Shown: positions 38,850 through 52,551 of the stretch, piece after piece
How the letters are laid out: each line of letters begins with the position of its first letter
Numbering within the stretch: position 1 is the first letter of the stretch
NCBI RefSeq assembly: GCF_001194135.2
Contig: NC_068997.1
Span: 55,012,415 to 55,076,414, forward strand
DNA length: 64,000 nucleotides
Direction: 5' to 3'
Origin: Octopus bimaculoides
Taxonomy: Eukaryota
Program-made: the position numbers and the translations under genes
The notes under the pieces: generated by a model
What the model was told of the DNA's origin: nothing
What the model saw: only the letters and a program-made list of their open reading frames with translations
Database searches by the model: none

Positions 38850-41477
38850 GGAATAATACTATTACTAATAATAACAGCAATAAATTGATTAGTGATTGTT
38901 ACTGAATACAAGTTCCTGGTGGACATAGGCAACAGTTTACTTTTGACCTCAGTTATTCACCATTTTCACTAACCAATATCCATGAAGATTGTATAAACAT
39001 CAACAGATTATGTTTTTTTCTTCTTCCCTAAAATTTCCTGTTTCCTGTTCATGAACATTTTTTTTTTTTTTATATATTAAACCTAATAGAAAGCTGATAA
39101 AGAGGAGGGGGGTGCCAAGAAATTGAAATATGACTCTAGTCAGTTAAGTTTGTCATTAATCAAATATGAGATATACCAATGCAATTCCATTCTGTGTAAT
39201 AAACCATTCTAGTGGACATAGCAAGCAGACAAGTGAAGCTTCAAATCCATAATATTGATATTAGTTATCATCGTTGCCATCACGGTCCTATTTGTTTTTC
39301 CAAAGTTGGTTCTCGATTCATCAACTAAACTTATATTCTGGGATGAGTTTAACTTTTACACAATGGCTTGCCAATAATTTCCTTATCCTAGCAGATTTAT
39401 AGACTGGGCCATTGCTGTCTTATAAAGCCTTGATTGATTCTGTCACTCCCGATCAACTTCAACAGTCATTCATGCTCAAATCAATATTAATGTTGCTAGA
39501 TATAAAAACCAAAAAAACGCAAACTATCTGCAATGCTCAAACGTTTTATTAGATTTAAACCTGCCTTTAACACGTGAAAGATATACATGATTTGGCTGAA
39601 CATCATTTTTTGGAATTTAAAACTCGATAATAATCAAATTATCTGACTCAAAGGAATGGCATTCGTTAAAGGAATGGGCGGACATTTTTCTTTTCTCCAA
39701 GTTAGGGTGTTAGCCCGATTTGTAATTATTGAACAAACAAACTCTATATTCTCTACTTCACTTTGTTATATTGCATCATATTAACAACACATTGAAGATA
39801 ATTAAAATAATGTGTACAAAAAATGAATAAATAAATATACGTTCATATACCAAGCTTTGAAACAAAGGAGCCAGCCACAAAAATAACCAGTTCCTGCAAT
39901 ATATGTTTAGGATTTCATTTGTTTTTGTATATTTTGTTACTCCATAATATTATTATTTTATTGATTCCAAGCTGAATCCAAATTTTCCCAAACTAAACTG
40001 GTATTTCTACAAAATATGGATTACCTCAATCTCCAGATATTAAATCATGTAATCTAGAAATTTCTTTATTTTTATACTTATTTTGCTTTGTTTTGTGTTT
40101 TTTCCCCTTTAATTTTGTAGATTAAATCTCAAATGTGTCCCTTCAAAATTAAAACATAATGAAATTTTTAAAAATAAAAAAAGCTTCAAAGAAACATCCT
40201 ATAATATTATTTTAGAAAATTGAATTAACATGCAATTCAATTTTTATTATGCATATAGATAAATTTATTTTTCTTATTTAATTTTAATTTTTTAATTTAT
40301 TTTATATCCCAGTTGGTAAAATAAAAGCATCATTGGTTTCAGGTTTCCAATAACTTATTTACTGCATGCTTGATAGTGAGTGTAACAAGGGGAGTATTTG
40401 TGTCTCAATGCAGAACAAATACCTCAAGAAGCCTCATTTGTTAAGCTCCTTTAGTTTTTGGTTTGTTGTTCACCAATGTTTATATTCTACACTGATATAA
40501 AGTAGCAAACAATATATGTGCCCTTAAACACACTCACAGGCATGGATGTACAAGGGGCTTCCATGGAGGGCTGACAAAGTATTTTTTTATGGTCATTTTG
40601 TATCTATGGTAGAAGGCACCTGCCCAATATGCCACATATGATAATTGAACATGGATCTACATAATTTCATGCTGAAACTCTTAACCACACAGCCATGCCT
40701 GCACTCCATTTAACACAAGGTTCACTTCAAAAATTCTACTTTTATTCCTCTATAACTGTGGTTCATAGCCATTTTTTTTCCTGTGAACCTCCTTGATTCC
40801 TGTTTCTCTCAGATGACCCTCATAACCAATTTGAAGTTGAAAAAATTCTATAATTTTTTTATAATCAAATATTAGGAATTGTATAAAAAAATCCTTAAAA
40901 TATTTTGTTTTCTAGAAGTATAACTGCCCAAAAGGAAAAAGAGGAAGAGTCCTGTCAGTCGGGCTCCTTATTTGCCTTTCACAATTTCTGTTTTGTCTAA
41001 GGGCTGTTGTGTTTTGCTCATGCATCATGGCTGCCTGTTGTGTCACTTCCAGGCTTTTATGTTTAGCCCTGAGACAATCCAAGCAGGTACAATGGGTATG
41101 CTACATATCTGATGTCTTGATACAAAACACTGTAACAAAAATTTCTGTAGAAATGACCTTAACAAAATAATGTAAAGTGCACTGCTAACACAGTAGGACG
41201 TGGTGTTGACTTATAAAAAAAATATTGAATATACTTTATAGTATATTGTGGTTGCATAACCTACAAGTCATTTATTAGTAAGGACATCCAGCCATTGAAA
41301 CCATGCCAAAGTAGACATGGGAGCATAATGCAGGACTCTGGCTTGTCAGATGCTGCCAAACTATCCAACCTATGCCAGCATTGAAGCTGGGTGTTAAATA
41401 ATGCTGATGATGATGATGATGATGGTGGTGATTTTCCTGAGCTAGTATTTTGTTACTTATTTAGAAAACTGCTGGGA

Positions 41478-41640
41478 AAATTGCTACATGTAGTTACAGC
41501 AAATAGTTGCTACATGTGTTTTCTACAAATATCAACTACCCATGTTTGTTATATTTAATACATGTAGTAAATGCTTAGTTGCAGTTACTACATATAATCG
41601 CTCCATGTATTCACTATGGTGGCTACACGTACATTGTTGA
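41478..41640. repeat. Cluster of CTACATGT-like motifs
   Basis: GCTACATGTAG, GCTACATGTG, ATACATGTAG, ACTACATAT, GCTCCATGTA, GCTACACGTA. Confidence 0.5.
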
Positions 41641-43440
41641 TGCTACTGAACATCTGCTGTAAAAGCGTTACTGCAAAATGGTTTTCTTCCATAGAAATGT
41701 GAGGTGTTTGGTGATGTATGGAAGAATCAACAGATTCAGAAATATAATTTTGTGCCGACTTCACAGAATGTTAAAGGAAATAGAAAATAAATTTTCTTTC
41801 AACATGAAATTATTTTTATAGTTGGAGTTTAGCCCCAGGTCAAGCTTGATCAAGCAGACTTATGATCAAATAAACATTCACAGCATGACCAACCATCCAT
41901 TCTTGTGTAGCAAAGGCCACAATGACCTTAGCAGCTGGTTTCACATAGAACATTGGGATGATGTTGTGTGGGGGACAGGAAGACAAGGAGGTTCATCATT
42001 GCTGATGTCTCTATGCATGGCACATGAAGAGAGAAGGAGAGAGAGAGAGAGGACTACAGGATTTACTGTGCCCTTTCATTGTTGTGATGATATGATATGA
42101 TTTGGCTGCTATTTCTAACATGCCTCGTTACCACATAGGGTCTTCCTCTTCTCACAATGATATCATGAAGTAAGGTATCAATGACCAACTGGTAGTTATT
42201 GGAGAAAGACTTTGATATCTGACATTGATTTCTAATACCAAGCATTCTATGAACACATGAACCTCAGTATATGACTGGTACTTTGATAATTAACCCCAAA
42301 TTCTAAAATGTAAATAGAATTACAACAATAATAGTCATGGGGACTCAACCACGGTGTAAGTCATATTTTGTTTTCTCAACAAGATGCATGGAACTTTTAT
42401 TGAATTGAATAATGCTTCTTTTGCTAAACTGGAATTATTCTAAAATAACTTTTTCCTAGTTACCAAACTGGGATTATTATAAAATTATTATAGAATATCT
42501 CTTAACATGAATCACCTATTCTAAAACAGTAAAATACGAGTGAAATACACTAAGGTTAACCATTTCAAAGACTTTAAGCTTCACAGAATCTCATAGCTCT
42601 CGTTATATATTTATTCATCTAATGATTTATGAATTGAATTTCGTTTCAACAATTATTTGTCACTGACCAGCCTTATCTTGGATGAAACCTGGATGTGATC
42701 TGATTAAAAGGCATTATAATTATATTTATCCAATAGAAAAACTAGGTTACTTTCATGTAGATCCTCAAGATAACGATCTTCACATCATTTTATTCAATCA
42801 TTTTTAGTTCTTCTATGCATATATCCAAACATATCTTTGTCATTGTTGTTGTTGTTGTTGTTGTTGTGATTGCCACGAAAGAAAGAAATGCACCATGGCC
42901 ACAAAATACTTTCTTATGGCATTTTATAGACATTTTATTATTCATACAAAATATATTTTGATCAGATGACAGTTCATTATTTGAACAGAATATATATCTC
43001 TCCTGAACAGTCATCTATTATTGGGTTTGTGATGTATTTTGCTTGTATAGAATCAATATCTTCTATTTCACTAGCATTGCAGTGAATTATTTGTGTAGAT
43101 CAAGCCATATCGTCCTACGGAGAACTCTAGTTTAATATGTATTGCAAAAACAGATAGCAAAGTGAATTGGGGTGAAAGCAGCGTATAACAGAAATTGCTC
43201 TGAAATGTTTTCATATGTGCTTGCATACTTGCACTTTGGCTGGCAACCTCATAATATCTGGACTGCTGCTGTTGCCGCTGCAGTGGCTGCACAAGTAGTT
43301 TTGCTGCAGTAAGAGATAGAACAGAAACTAAAGAGAGCTGCACTAGGATATTTAACAGTATCTTGTCTTCTATTAGAATTCCATTCACACAGGCGTGTGT
43401 GTGTGTGTGTGTAAATGTGAAGGTACAGCCATAGCTAAAG

Positions 43441-43615
43441 CACAGGCACGGCTGGTATTGCAGTGTGGTTAAAGAAGTTGCGTCACAAGCAAATGGTTAT
43501 GAGTTCAGACCCAGTGTGTTTGGCAGCTTGGGAAAGTGTCTTCTATAATACTTCCAGATAGGCCAATGTTTTGTAAGCAGATCTGAGAGACAGAAATCAT
43601 AGGAAGCCCAACATA
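43441..43615 (+). mobile_element. SINE family B copy
   Basis: GTGTGGTTAAAGAAGTTG..GAGTTCAGACCCAG..GCAGCTTGGGAAAGTGTCTTCTATAAT..GGAAGCCC. Confidence 0.7.
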
Positions 43616-44554
43616 CATACATACTCTCACACACACATGTATATATGTTTGTATGTGTGTGTGTGTGTGTGTGTATTTATATATATATATACACTATTTT
43701 TAGTAGTTGTTAGTTATGGCTGGTGAGAAAGTTACCTTTGATTTCATGTCTGTTATTGCTCTTAGCAATACAGGCAATCCATCAGACCTAATAATTGGAG
43801 GCACATAACCTGTTTACTAACAGGGGTAAGGATATAAAATGACCATCCATGATGAGCCATCTAAGAGCAGAGACCAACGATTACTTTCTGACCAGAAATA
43901 ACCAATGATTACATAATATATTATTGCTCAAAAAATTTTGTTAGAGTGTTTTGTTTTCCAGACTTATGAACAACTGACTGATTAAATACATTTCTGAGCA
44001 GTTTCGTCCTTCCCTCTCATCAGCCACATACACCCTACAAAATGGCCAGAGGTACTGCACTTCCTTGCCTGAGGCATTCAAGCAATAAACACATTTATAC
44101 AATCAGTTTTAGGAAAAGCCTAGGTTCTCCTCCTGTGGAAGTATGTCATAACATTCACTGTACTATAGGACTTGTTGCAGTTGTTACTGCTGGGTCCCAG
44201 GTCTTTCCTGATTGAAATGTATAATCAGAAGCATTCCAGTTGTGACCATCCAGTTAGTTTTCTTTTTTCCTTTTTTTTTTATCATAGAACATCACCAACT
44301 TCATACCTTAATGAATCCTGCATCATTCACGATGGTCGAGTGTAATTTGAGTGATATTTGTTTGCTATGTCTAGCAGGTCAAATGTTCCTATTGAGGTCT
44401 CCCTGGTGGTTTGGCTGTGAAGGTGGATAGCTAGTTTCTTTCAGTCTGGTTACTGTTTATCCTACAAACAAAATCTTCCTTTGGATGTAGGTTGTAGGTA
44501 CTAAGGTTGATCTAATCGACTATACATATCTTCTCGGTTAGAAATCATTATTAC

Positions 44555-44600
<46 letters not shown>

Positions 44601-47289
44601 CAGCAGCATTAATGTGATTACTTCTTCCACGTATCATATACCATAAGAAAATAACTACACCACAAGGAAATAGACTTCAAAGCTAATTTCACATATACGT
44701 ACATGCATGCAAGCATTTACATTTGTATTCATGTTTTCATATGCATATTTTTAGTATCTTAGTAGCTGGATGGGTAACTTATGAAATGTATGTACTCATG
44801 TGCCCAAGAGAATACTGAAGAAATAAAGTGACTTTCTGTATATACACTGAACTGCCTTTATCTATATTTCTCGACAATGTATTAGAAATTTGCTCTTCTA
44901 TGAGATTAGCAACCAAAAGAAAGTAAACTTAATGTACAAACTGCTAAGCTTTAGTCTAACTCTGTGGGATATTTTCATAGCATTTCGATAATATTATGGC
45001 TGACTGATAGCAAAAGTCACTCACAGTATAATATCAAATAGAAACTGAGATTGAATTTTTCTTTGCTTTTTGTCCTTTTTCAAATCCCTGAGGATAAGTT
45101 GATTTTTTTTGTTTTTTTGTTGTTGTTGGTATATTGGTTACTAGTTGTAATTAGTTGAAAAGAATATCTGGGAAAATATGTGTGAGTGAAATAGGAACCT
45201 GTGCTTTGGTCGAGAGTTTAGCTGTTTTGAAAATTACATCACCATATCATTATCATCATCATCATTATATTATCATCATGCCATCGTTATCATTTTAATA
45301 TCACCTTTTCCCTGCCTGCCTGGGCCAAACAGGATTTGTTGAGGCAGATGTTCTATGGCTGTATGCTCTTCCTGTCATCAACCCTAACCTGGCACAAGCA
45401 ACCTAATAGCAAAACAAGGAGAAACACTCACAGACACACATACAAAACTTCTTTTAGTTTCCATTTACCAATCTACTCACAAAGCTTGGGTCAAGGTGAT
45501 GGGCAACAGGACTGAACCAGGAAAACATTGTTATTTGGATGTGAACTTCTCTCCCTCATAGCTATGCATGCACACACACACAGACACATACAGACATGCA
45601 CACACATTATGTACGTATATTTTTTCCAAGAAGGTCTTGAACTAAGAAAAATATATTTCTTTGAAAGAATTTAATACAAAACTAGTTTGATCAGATTTAT
45701 TTTATATTTAAGAAACTATTCGGGAGATGAGATGCTGAAGAGAGAGAAAAATATCAGAAAGGTCATGTTTGTTCAAATATATAATATTGTTTTTAGTTTT
45801 TTTTTTTTTGTTTTGTTTTTTAAATGTCATTTTTTTTTTTTTGTTATTTCTCTCCAAAATCTGGTCTGCTACAAATCAATAAAACTGAACTCAAATATCA
45901 TTCTGTTGTGGAGCAAATTTGATATTGTGTTCTTCATTCTGAAGAATATCCACTTTTCCAAAGTCTCTGTGTGAATATTTACTTAACGAAGTGTCGTGAT
46001 AATTAGACGTGAACACAGAAACCTATCATACAAATAAACGATTTTCTTTCATTTTGTTTTGGGGTTTTGTTTTGTGTCAGTTTTAGATGAGATGTTCATC
46101 CACAAAACAACAAATTCATTGCAATTTTATCTTTATATTCTTTTACTGTTGATGTTGTTTTTCTCCTCGTCTCCAGGAATTCCAATCATGATCAACCACA
46201 CTGTTTGTGTCTAAAAGAAGATTATTTTAAACTGAGTCAATGTATTCTATTAAATGTGTAACTATGTAAGCATAGTCTTTGAAAAGACATTTGAAGAATA
46301 GATTTAAGCAAGACTTACTGATCACAAGGTAATAAATTTAATGTACATTTCTGGCTTATCTTCACTTAGCTAAAAGGCTTCCCGAGAAAACCTCATGTCA
46401 GTTTACTTTGCTTTGTCAGCAAATTTGTTGCTTATAAAAACTCATATTAAGATATGAATGGCATAGTTTCAAAATTCCATTTAATTGTCTTCGTACTAAT
46501 GGAGATATTAGACAGGTAGCAGCAACGAGAGCCATATTTTGTCAGGAATTTATCACTATGGCACCTAAATTTTGGCAGTATTAAACATACCTCTCTGTAC
46601 ACTTATCCAGCTTATTGATTTTTTCGAATTGGGTAATTGAAAACTTGCAGTATGGACATTGAGTCCAATCTATGTGGAAGAGAAGTAAACTATTGCCAAA
46701 ACACGAAGTAAAAATAATGAAAGGTGAAAGAAACATTTCTTCATTACCCTTCAAACTGAAAGGCAGCTATGGAGGAGATAAAAAGAAAAGTTTTAGAGAT
46801 AAAAGAATCGGTCTGGAACAGATTTATTTTATGTTTAGCAAAATATGCTGGGAATAAAGAATAGAAGGAAGAGAAAGAAAAAAAATATGTAGGTCATGTG
46901 TTTATCCTTTGATAATAATAATAAAGTTTTTCAGTATTTACATTTTTTATTGGTTTTCTTTTAAATATATCTCAGAAATTTGGCCCTGCTTTTATCAGGA
47001 ACATCTTAAAAGTTAAGGAAATAGATTCTCGAGAAACACAATTTCAATTCTACAGAGACTTAAATAAATGTAACCGTAAACATTTTCAAAAAGATTGAAT
47101 TTAGAATATCCAAACTCTCTTGTGAGATCTGAGATCTACACCTGGGAAGTCCCCCGCCCCACTGCTGAAGCCCTCCACTCTCCATACCACAGATGTTACC
47201 TTTGGAGAAGTGAATGCAGCTTGGCACCAGTGTCATCAGAGACATTATTGTCAAATTGTAAAAAGCTAGATCAGATATTGCAAAGCAGC

Positions 47290-47483
47290 CTGCCCAAAAA
47301 GTTGGCAATTCTAGCAACCCATTATCCTGCCCTGGGTCCTTATTTATTGAATTTTGAAAGGAAATGCAAAGACAAAGATTACCTCAGCAAGATTTGAACT
47401 CACAATGTAGAGAACCCAAACACATACTGCAGGGCATTCATTTTAGCGAACACTTTTAATGAACTAGCTAATTCACTGTCTAA
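47290..47483 (-). mobile_element. Decayed SINE family A copy
   Basis: GAAAGGAAATGCAAAGACAAAGATTACCTCAGCAAGATTTGAACTCACAATG...TAATTCACTGTCTAA. Confidence 0.55.
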
Positions 47484-47676
47484 TTAGAATATTGTGAACT
47501 TATATTATTTATAGAAAGTCAATGAAAGTTTAAGGTCCCTGATTCACTTCTTAACACTGCTAATATTAACATTCAGTCCAGTAAGTTGTGGTGGTGGGAT
47601 TGTTAAATAAACAACTGGGAATGAAATTAATTCATTAAACTTGAAACTTGAATTGATTCTTAACTTCAGAGGACCA

Positions 47677-48025
47677 TCATCATCATCATCATTTTAATGT
47701 TCACTTTTCAAGGCTTGCATGGGTTAGACAGAATTCATTGAGGCAGGTTTTCTATTACCACGTGCCCTTCTTGGCACCAACCCTCACCTGTTTGCTTGCT
47801 AGGTGATATTAAGGTTAATGCTCATTTGCTACTACTAAACAAAGTTCGTTTTCCATGCTGGCATGGGTTGGATGGTTTGACTGAAAACTGGGGAGCTGCA
47901 CCAGGTTCCACTCTGATCTCTATGGCTGGATGCCCTTCCTAACAACAGCCACACCATGAATGTAGTGGGTACTTCTCATGTGCCACTGGCATGGGTGCCA
48001 GTTACATGACACCAGCGTTGGCCAC
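47677..48025 (-). mobile_element. Two adjacent family C copies
   Basis: CATCATCATTTTAATGTTCACTTTTCAAGGCTTGCATGGGTTAGAC and CGTTTTCCATGCTGGCATGGGTTGGATGGTTTGACTG..GGCTGGATGCCCTTCCTAAC. Confidence 0.75.
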
Positions 48026-48195
48026 AACTACAATCCTTGTAGTTTTTTAACAGGAAACATTTTTGAGAACACATATAAAAGCTCCCATTTTATTATGTCG
48101 GCTACGAGCTAGTGATACCAAGTAGCAATAGCAGTTGTATGGGGTTGTATCGAGCTGTGCCAATATAACATAGGATAAATATAGTAATCACAATG

Positions 48196-48413
48196 ATAAT
48201 CCATGGATGGAATTTTAATGCATCACTATCTACGTTTCCACAAAACACGTTTCTTACAAACATAGTTTGTATATTCTTGGGTTGATTACAGTATAATCCA
48301 TAATATCCATGGACATCAAGTGGATCTTAGTTCATGCATCGTAAGAAACATGTGATTTGTGGAAATACACATAGTGATGCATTAAAATACTATAAATTCC
48401 AGCCATGGATTAT
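48196..48413. mobile_element. Fold-back element or MITE with 60-70 bp inverted arms
   Basis: Left arm ATAATCCATGGATGGAATTTTAATGCATCACTAT..TTTCCACAAAACACGTTTCTTAC (48196-48257) is the reverse complement of the right arm GTAAGAAACATGTGATTTGTGGAAA..ATAGTGATGCATTAAAA..AATTCCAGCCATGGATTAT (48341-48413), apart from a short indel. Confidence 0.8.
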
Positions 48414-50149
48414 TAGTATTATTATTATTATTATCCTCATCATCACTACCACCTGTTTACCTGAAAATGGTGGATTATATGCTACGACATCTGAATACAT
48501 CAATTAAATTCTACTGAAACAGCTGTCATTAATTTTAAACTCCATTGTGTTCTTTTATGTATGAATGTTGCACATAGAGCCAGTCTTGAGTCAGATCTAC
48601 GGTTTGTAGTGGATTTGGTACTTCTGTAGCTACAATATCCTACCAACATCTGTTACCTTTATGATTGTTTTACTTCATTGTGAACCCTATGTTTTGGTAC
48701 CTAGCCATTTCTGGCATCCTACATGTTGATGTGCCTAAATTATACTGAATCCTATTATTCATACATACTCACATGGGAAGCTTCTTTCAGTTTCTGTCCA
48801 TCATATTCACCTTCAAAATTTGGTTTGCATGGGAGAATAGAAGAAGACACTTGCCCAAAGTGCCACACTATGGCACTAAACCCTGACTAAAGTTTTTAAT
48901 TATCCTAAACAACAAAGTAAGATACAATCAGTTGTACTACAGTTTTGCGGCTGAAAACAAAGGATTCTAAAAAGAATTCATTTTGTTAGTTCCTAAGATA
49001 AAAGTCTTTGTAAAGTACAGATTCATCACTGGAATCGCAAAATTCTACTGAAATACATACATGTGAATGCGTGTGAGTGTTTTTTTTTTGCTTTTGTTTT
49101 TTGGAATGAAATATTGTGTTAAGAAGAAGAAAAAAAATCTTTCTAATGATATGAAATTGTAAGTTATAAGAAGATGGATAGAGCAGAGGTTAAGTGAAAT
49201 CCAAGATAAGTTCATTTCCCATTAGAAGAAGCAAATCATCTTTGCAAACTCAAATTATAGGATTGCAGAAGATTTCTTCGAGCAAATCTGTGTATATGTG
49301 TTTTGTATAGTCCTACAGACATTATTACGAAGAAATAAAACTGAGAGAATGTATAAATATATTCATATGACATATGCATGTGAATATACACACATGTATA
49401 TATGTGTATATATATATAAACACACACACATACATATAATCATGCACATACTCAGTCTGTATATAGGAGGTTTCTCCAGTTATTATTACTTCCTAATAAT
49501 GTCTGTAGGAAAACTCTGGAACAAATATACACAGCTGTGCTGAAAGTGCAATAAACGCATATAAGTATATATATATATTTGAACATAGATTCCTATATGA
49601 AACCAAAGCATACACACACAGTGTATACATATGATTAACATTTGCAAATGGCAATTTATTTAAGTAAATCTTGAAAAGGATAGACATTACATATAGAGTA
49701 GTATAAAACGACATATTTGTACACGTACATATATATTCATATTGATATTAAAGCACATATAAAAACTGATGATGTAAATATATACTTATATATATATATA
49801 TATATATATATACGTGGACATGCATGTATATTTAGATACATATAAACACAAGTATATATATACACATACTTATGTGTGTGTATACACACTCACACACATG
49901 TATATATGCTTGTTTACATACATATGTCTATGTGTGTATTGATAATGTTGAACTGTTTGGTACTTCAAGTTTCACCTTTAACAGTTATTGAACCAGATTT
50001 TATATATGCACATGCACGTTAGCACGTGTGCATGCACTAAACATGCACATATGCATACAAAGAAATTTGCATAAGTGCATACCTGAATCATAAAAGATAT
50101 ACTAAAACAAAAATATATAAAGAAACATGGTTTTATGTAGCAGTTTGCT

Positions 50150-50304
50150 TATATTTGACAATGCATACATTTGTGTATACAGGTAAGACAATGAATACAT
50201 TTGTGAACATGACAATGTGTACATGTGTATGTATATATATATATATGACAATGCATAGGCATGTGTATGTGTGTGTGTATATATATATGCATACACAACT
50301 GTAT

Positions 50305-50356
<52 letters not shown>

Positions 50357-50490
50357 ATCTATACATGTGTATAAGACAATGCATACATATGTACCTATAT
50401 GTGACGATGAAAACATGTGTGTATTTATATATGTGTGTGTGTGCATGTATGTATATATATGTGTGTGGGTATGTATATGACAATGTATCT
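50150..50490. repeat. Anchored compound array: GACAATG motifs separated by variable TA/TG microsatellite
   Basis: GACAATG at 50157, 50187, 50211, 50247, 50375 and 50479; GACGATG at 50403. Confidence 0.6.
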
Positions 50491-51373
50491 ATGTGCATGT
50501 ACAGAGTAAAAGAAAAACATAAGATTTCTATTGACAAATGGTAAATGCTGAAGAGAAAGTGGGCCATCATTATATCGAAGCACCAAAACAATACCAATAA
50601 ACCATATATATTCCATGTTCTGTAGCACTTAGGAAACAATTAGTCATTGCCTTCATAATACCACACAAAGAAAATATACTCGTACAAATATGCAGTTGCT
50701 ATGTGATGGTTGTGGGGTCTTCTTGCAGCTACTTAAATTGTCAATATCTCCAGTGACATCTTCTCTTTCATTGTTCACTTATTCATTTCCTTTGTTTTTG
50801 TTTTGTACTCTTAATTTCTTGGTGAAAAGAACGAAATAATAATCTTAATCTTAAATACCAAAGTGGATTTATTTTTTGAAAATACTTAGAAGTGAATTAA
50901 TAAAGAATCACTACATGAACACACAAACATATATGTGTATATGTGTATATGTTCATACAATGCATATATATGAGTGTGTGTATACCTCTCTATATGTGTA
51001 TGAATATATATATGTATTATAACATATATTAAATATGTGTGTGTGTACAGAACCCAGTTGGAACCATAGATGTTACTCACAATTAAGTATGATTGTGTAG
51101 CCTTGTTTTAAGAGTCAATGTAGTTTTGAGTAGACAATTATCCATCTTTCTACTCTTGATTGAAGGGTACAGCCAAGGTCTGACTCCGGGAGACAGACAG
51201 CTGCACCAGTACTCAGTCGGTACTCATTCCCTCTGAACAGAGTAACTGTAATGCTTTGCTGAGGGACACAACACATCACCTGGCCCAGAAACCAAACCTG
51301 AGATCATGTGATTAAGAGTCCAACATCTTACTACTGTGTCACACAACTTCACCCACAAATGCATATATGAATA

Positions 51374-51434
<61 letters not shown>

Positions 51435-51435
51435 A

Positions 51436-51643
51436 CGTGCTGGTGCTAGTACAAGGTAAAAAGTACCCATGTTGGAGCCACATACAGACATCCATGCTGG
51501 TGCTGTGTAGAAGTATCCAGTACACTCTGTAAATCAGTTGGCATTAGGAAGAGTATCCAGCAGTTGAGACATGGAGCCTGGGTGGCTCCTAACCCATGCC
51601 AGCATGGAAAACAGATGTTAACTCATGATGATGATGATGATAA
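51436..51643 (+). mobile_element. Repeat family C copy
   Basis: GTTGGCATTAGGAAGAGTATCCAGC...AACCCATGCCAGCATGGAAAACAGATGTTAACTCATGATGATGATG. Confidence 0.8.
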
Positions 51644-52422
51644 TGAAGAACATGATGATAAAAACAATCATTGGTTATAAATGGTGTAACCATCAATTAA
51701 GGATATGATTTTCTCTTTCTCCATTCTTATTCATATTGTCGTACTCTCGAGATTTCTTGAAATTCTTTTAAGTGAGAGTTGGATCTACATGTCCTACACC
51801 AGGAATTAGATTGGATGTTACTTCTGCTTAAATTTATTAGTATCTGATTGTTTGATATAGTTATCTAGGTTTGCTTAACATTGAAAGCTTTCTAGATATA
51901 TACATACATACATACATACATATATACATACATACATACACACACACTTGTATGGGGATGTGTATGCAGATGAAACATGGCCAGCAGAATCCAGGGCATT
52001 TGTAATTGTGATGTATATCACCAATCTACCTGTTGCTAACAGACAGACTAAATGGATTGTTTTTGTCTGTGTGTGCCCAGAACACTTATCCTACGTCAAT
52101 GGAGAACGATTTCCTGGTGTGACAAACATGCCTTCATGTTGTACAGAGGTAAGACTACGATAATTAGATTGTACCAGCAATAGTGTTTCTTAGGCTGCAG
52201 GAATAATATGTTGTATGAATAAACAAAGTTCCACAAGTGCTGGAGGTTGGAAATGCATTCTCTTATGCTTCTATTTGAAGGAAAATATATAATAACATAA
52301 TAAAATCATCCATAAACTTTGGTATCAGCTTAAGACAGACGACACAAGTCCATAATGAAACCAAAATAACAAGTGAAATCCAAGAAAAAAACTTATGTAA
52401 TATCTATAACTATACTTATGTA

Positions 52423-52478
<56 letters not shown>

Positions 52479-52551
52479 TACACAAATCATACACATGTAT
52501 GTATCTGTCTTTCTCTATTTATCTTCATATATATATATATATATATATATA

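Larger units (their letters stand above)
22938..48886 (-). mobile_element. Further dispersed minus-strand SINE family B fragments at 22938-23066, 25056-25120, 40575-40703, 45448-45555 and 48772-48886 (interval spans the copies, not one element)
   Basis: Each carries part of rc(GGCTGTGTGGTAAG / GGTTCAGT / CTTGGGCAAGTGTCTTCT / GGAAACTGAAAGAAGC). Confidence 0.65.

Noticed and set aside
47095-47397. 100-aa ORF in a GC-rich patch
   Set aside because: It overlaps SINE-derived sequence (the probable family F 3' part and family A, both on the minus strand).
50364-50378. ATGTGTATAAGA, resembling the Nextera mosaic end
   Set aside because: A partial match within TG/TA-rich repeat, expected by chance.
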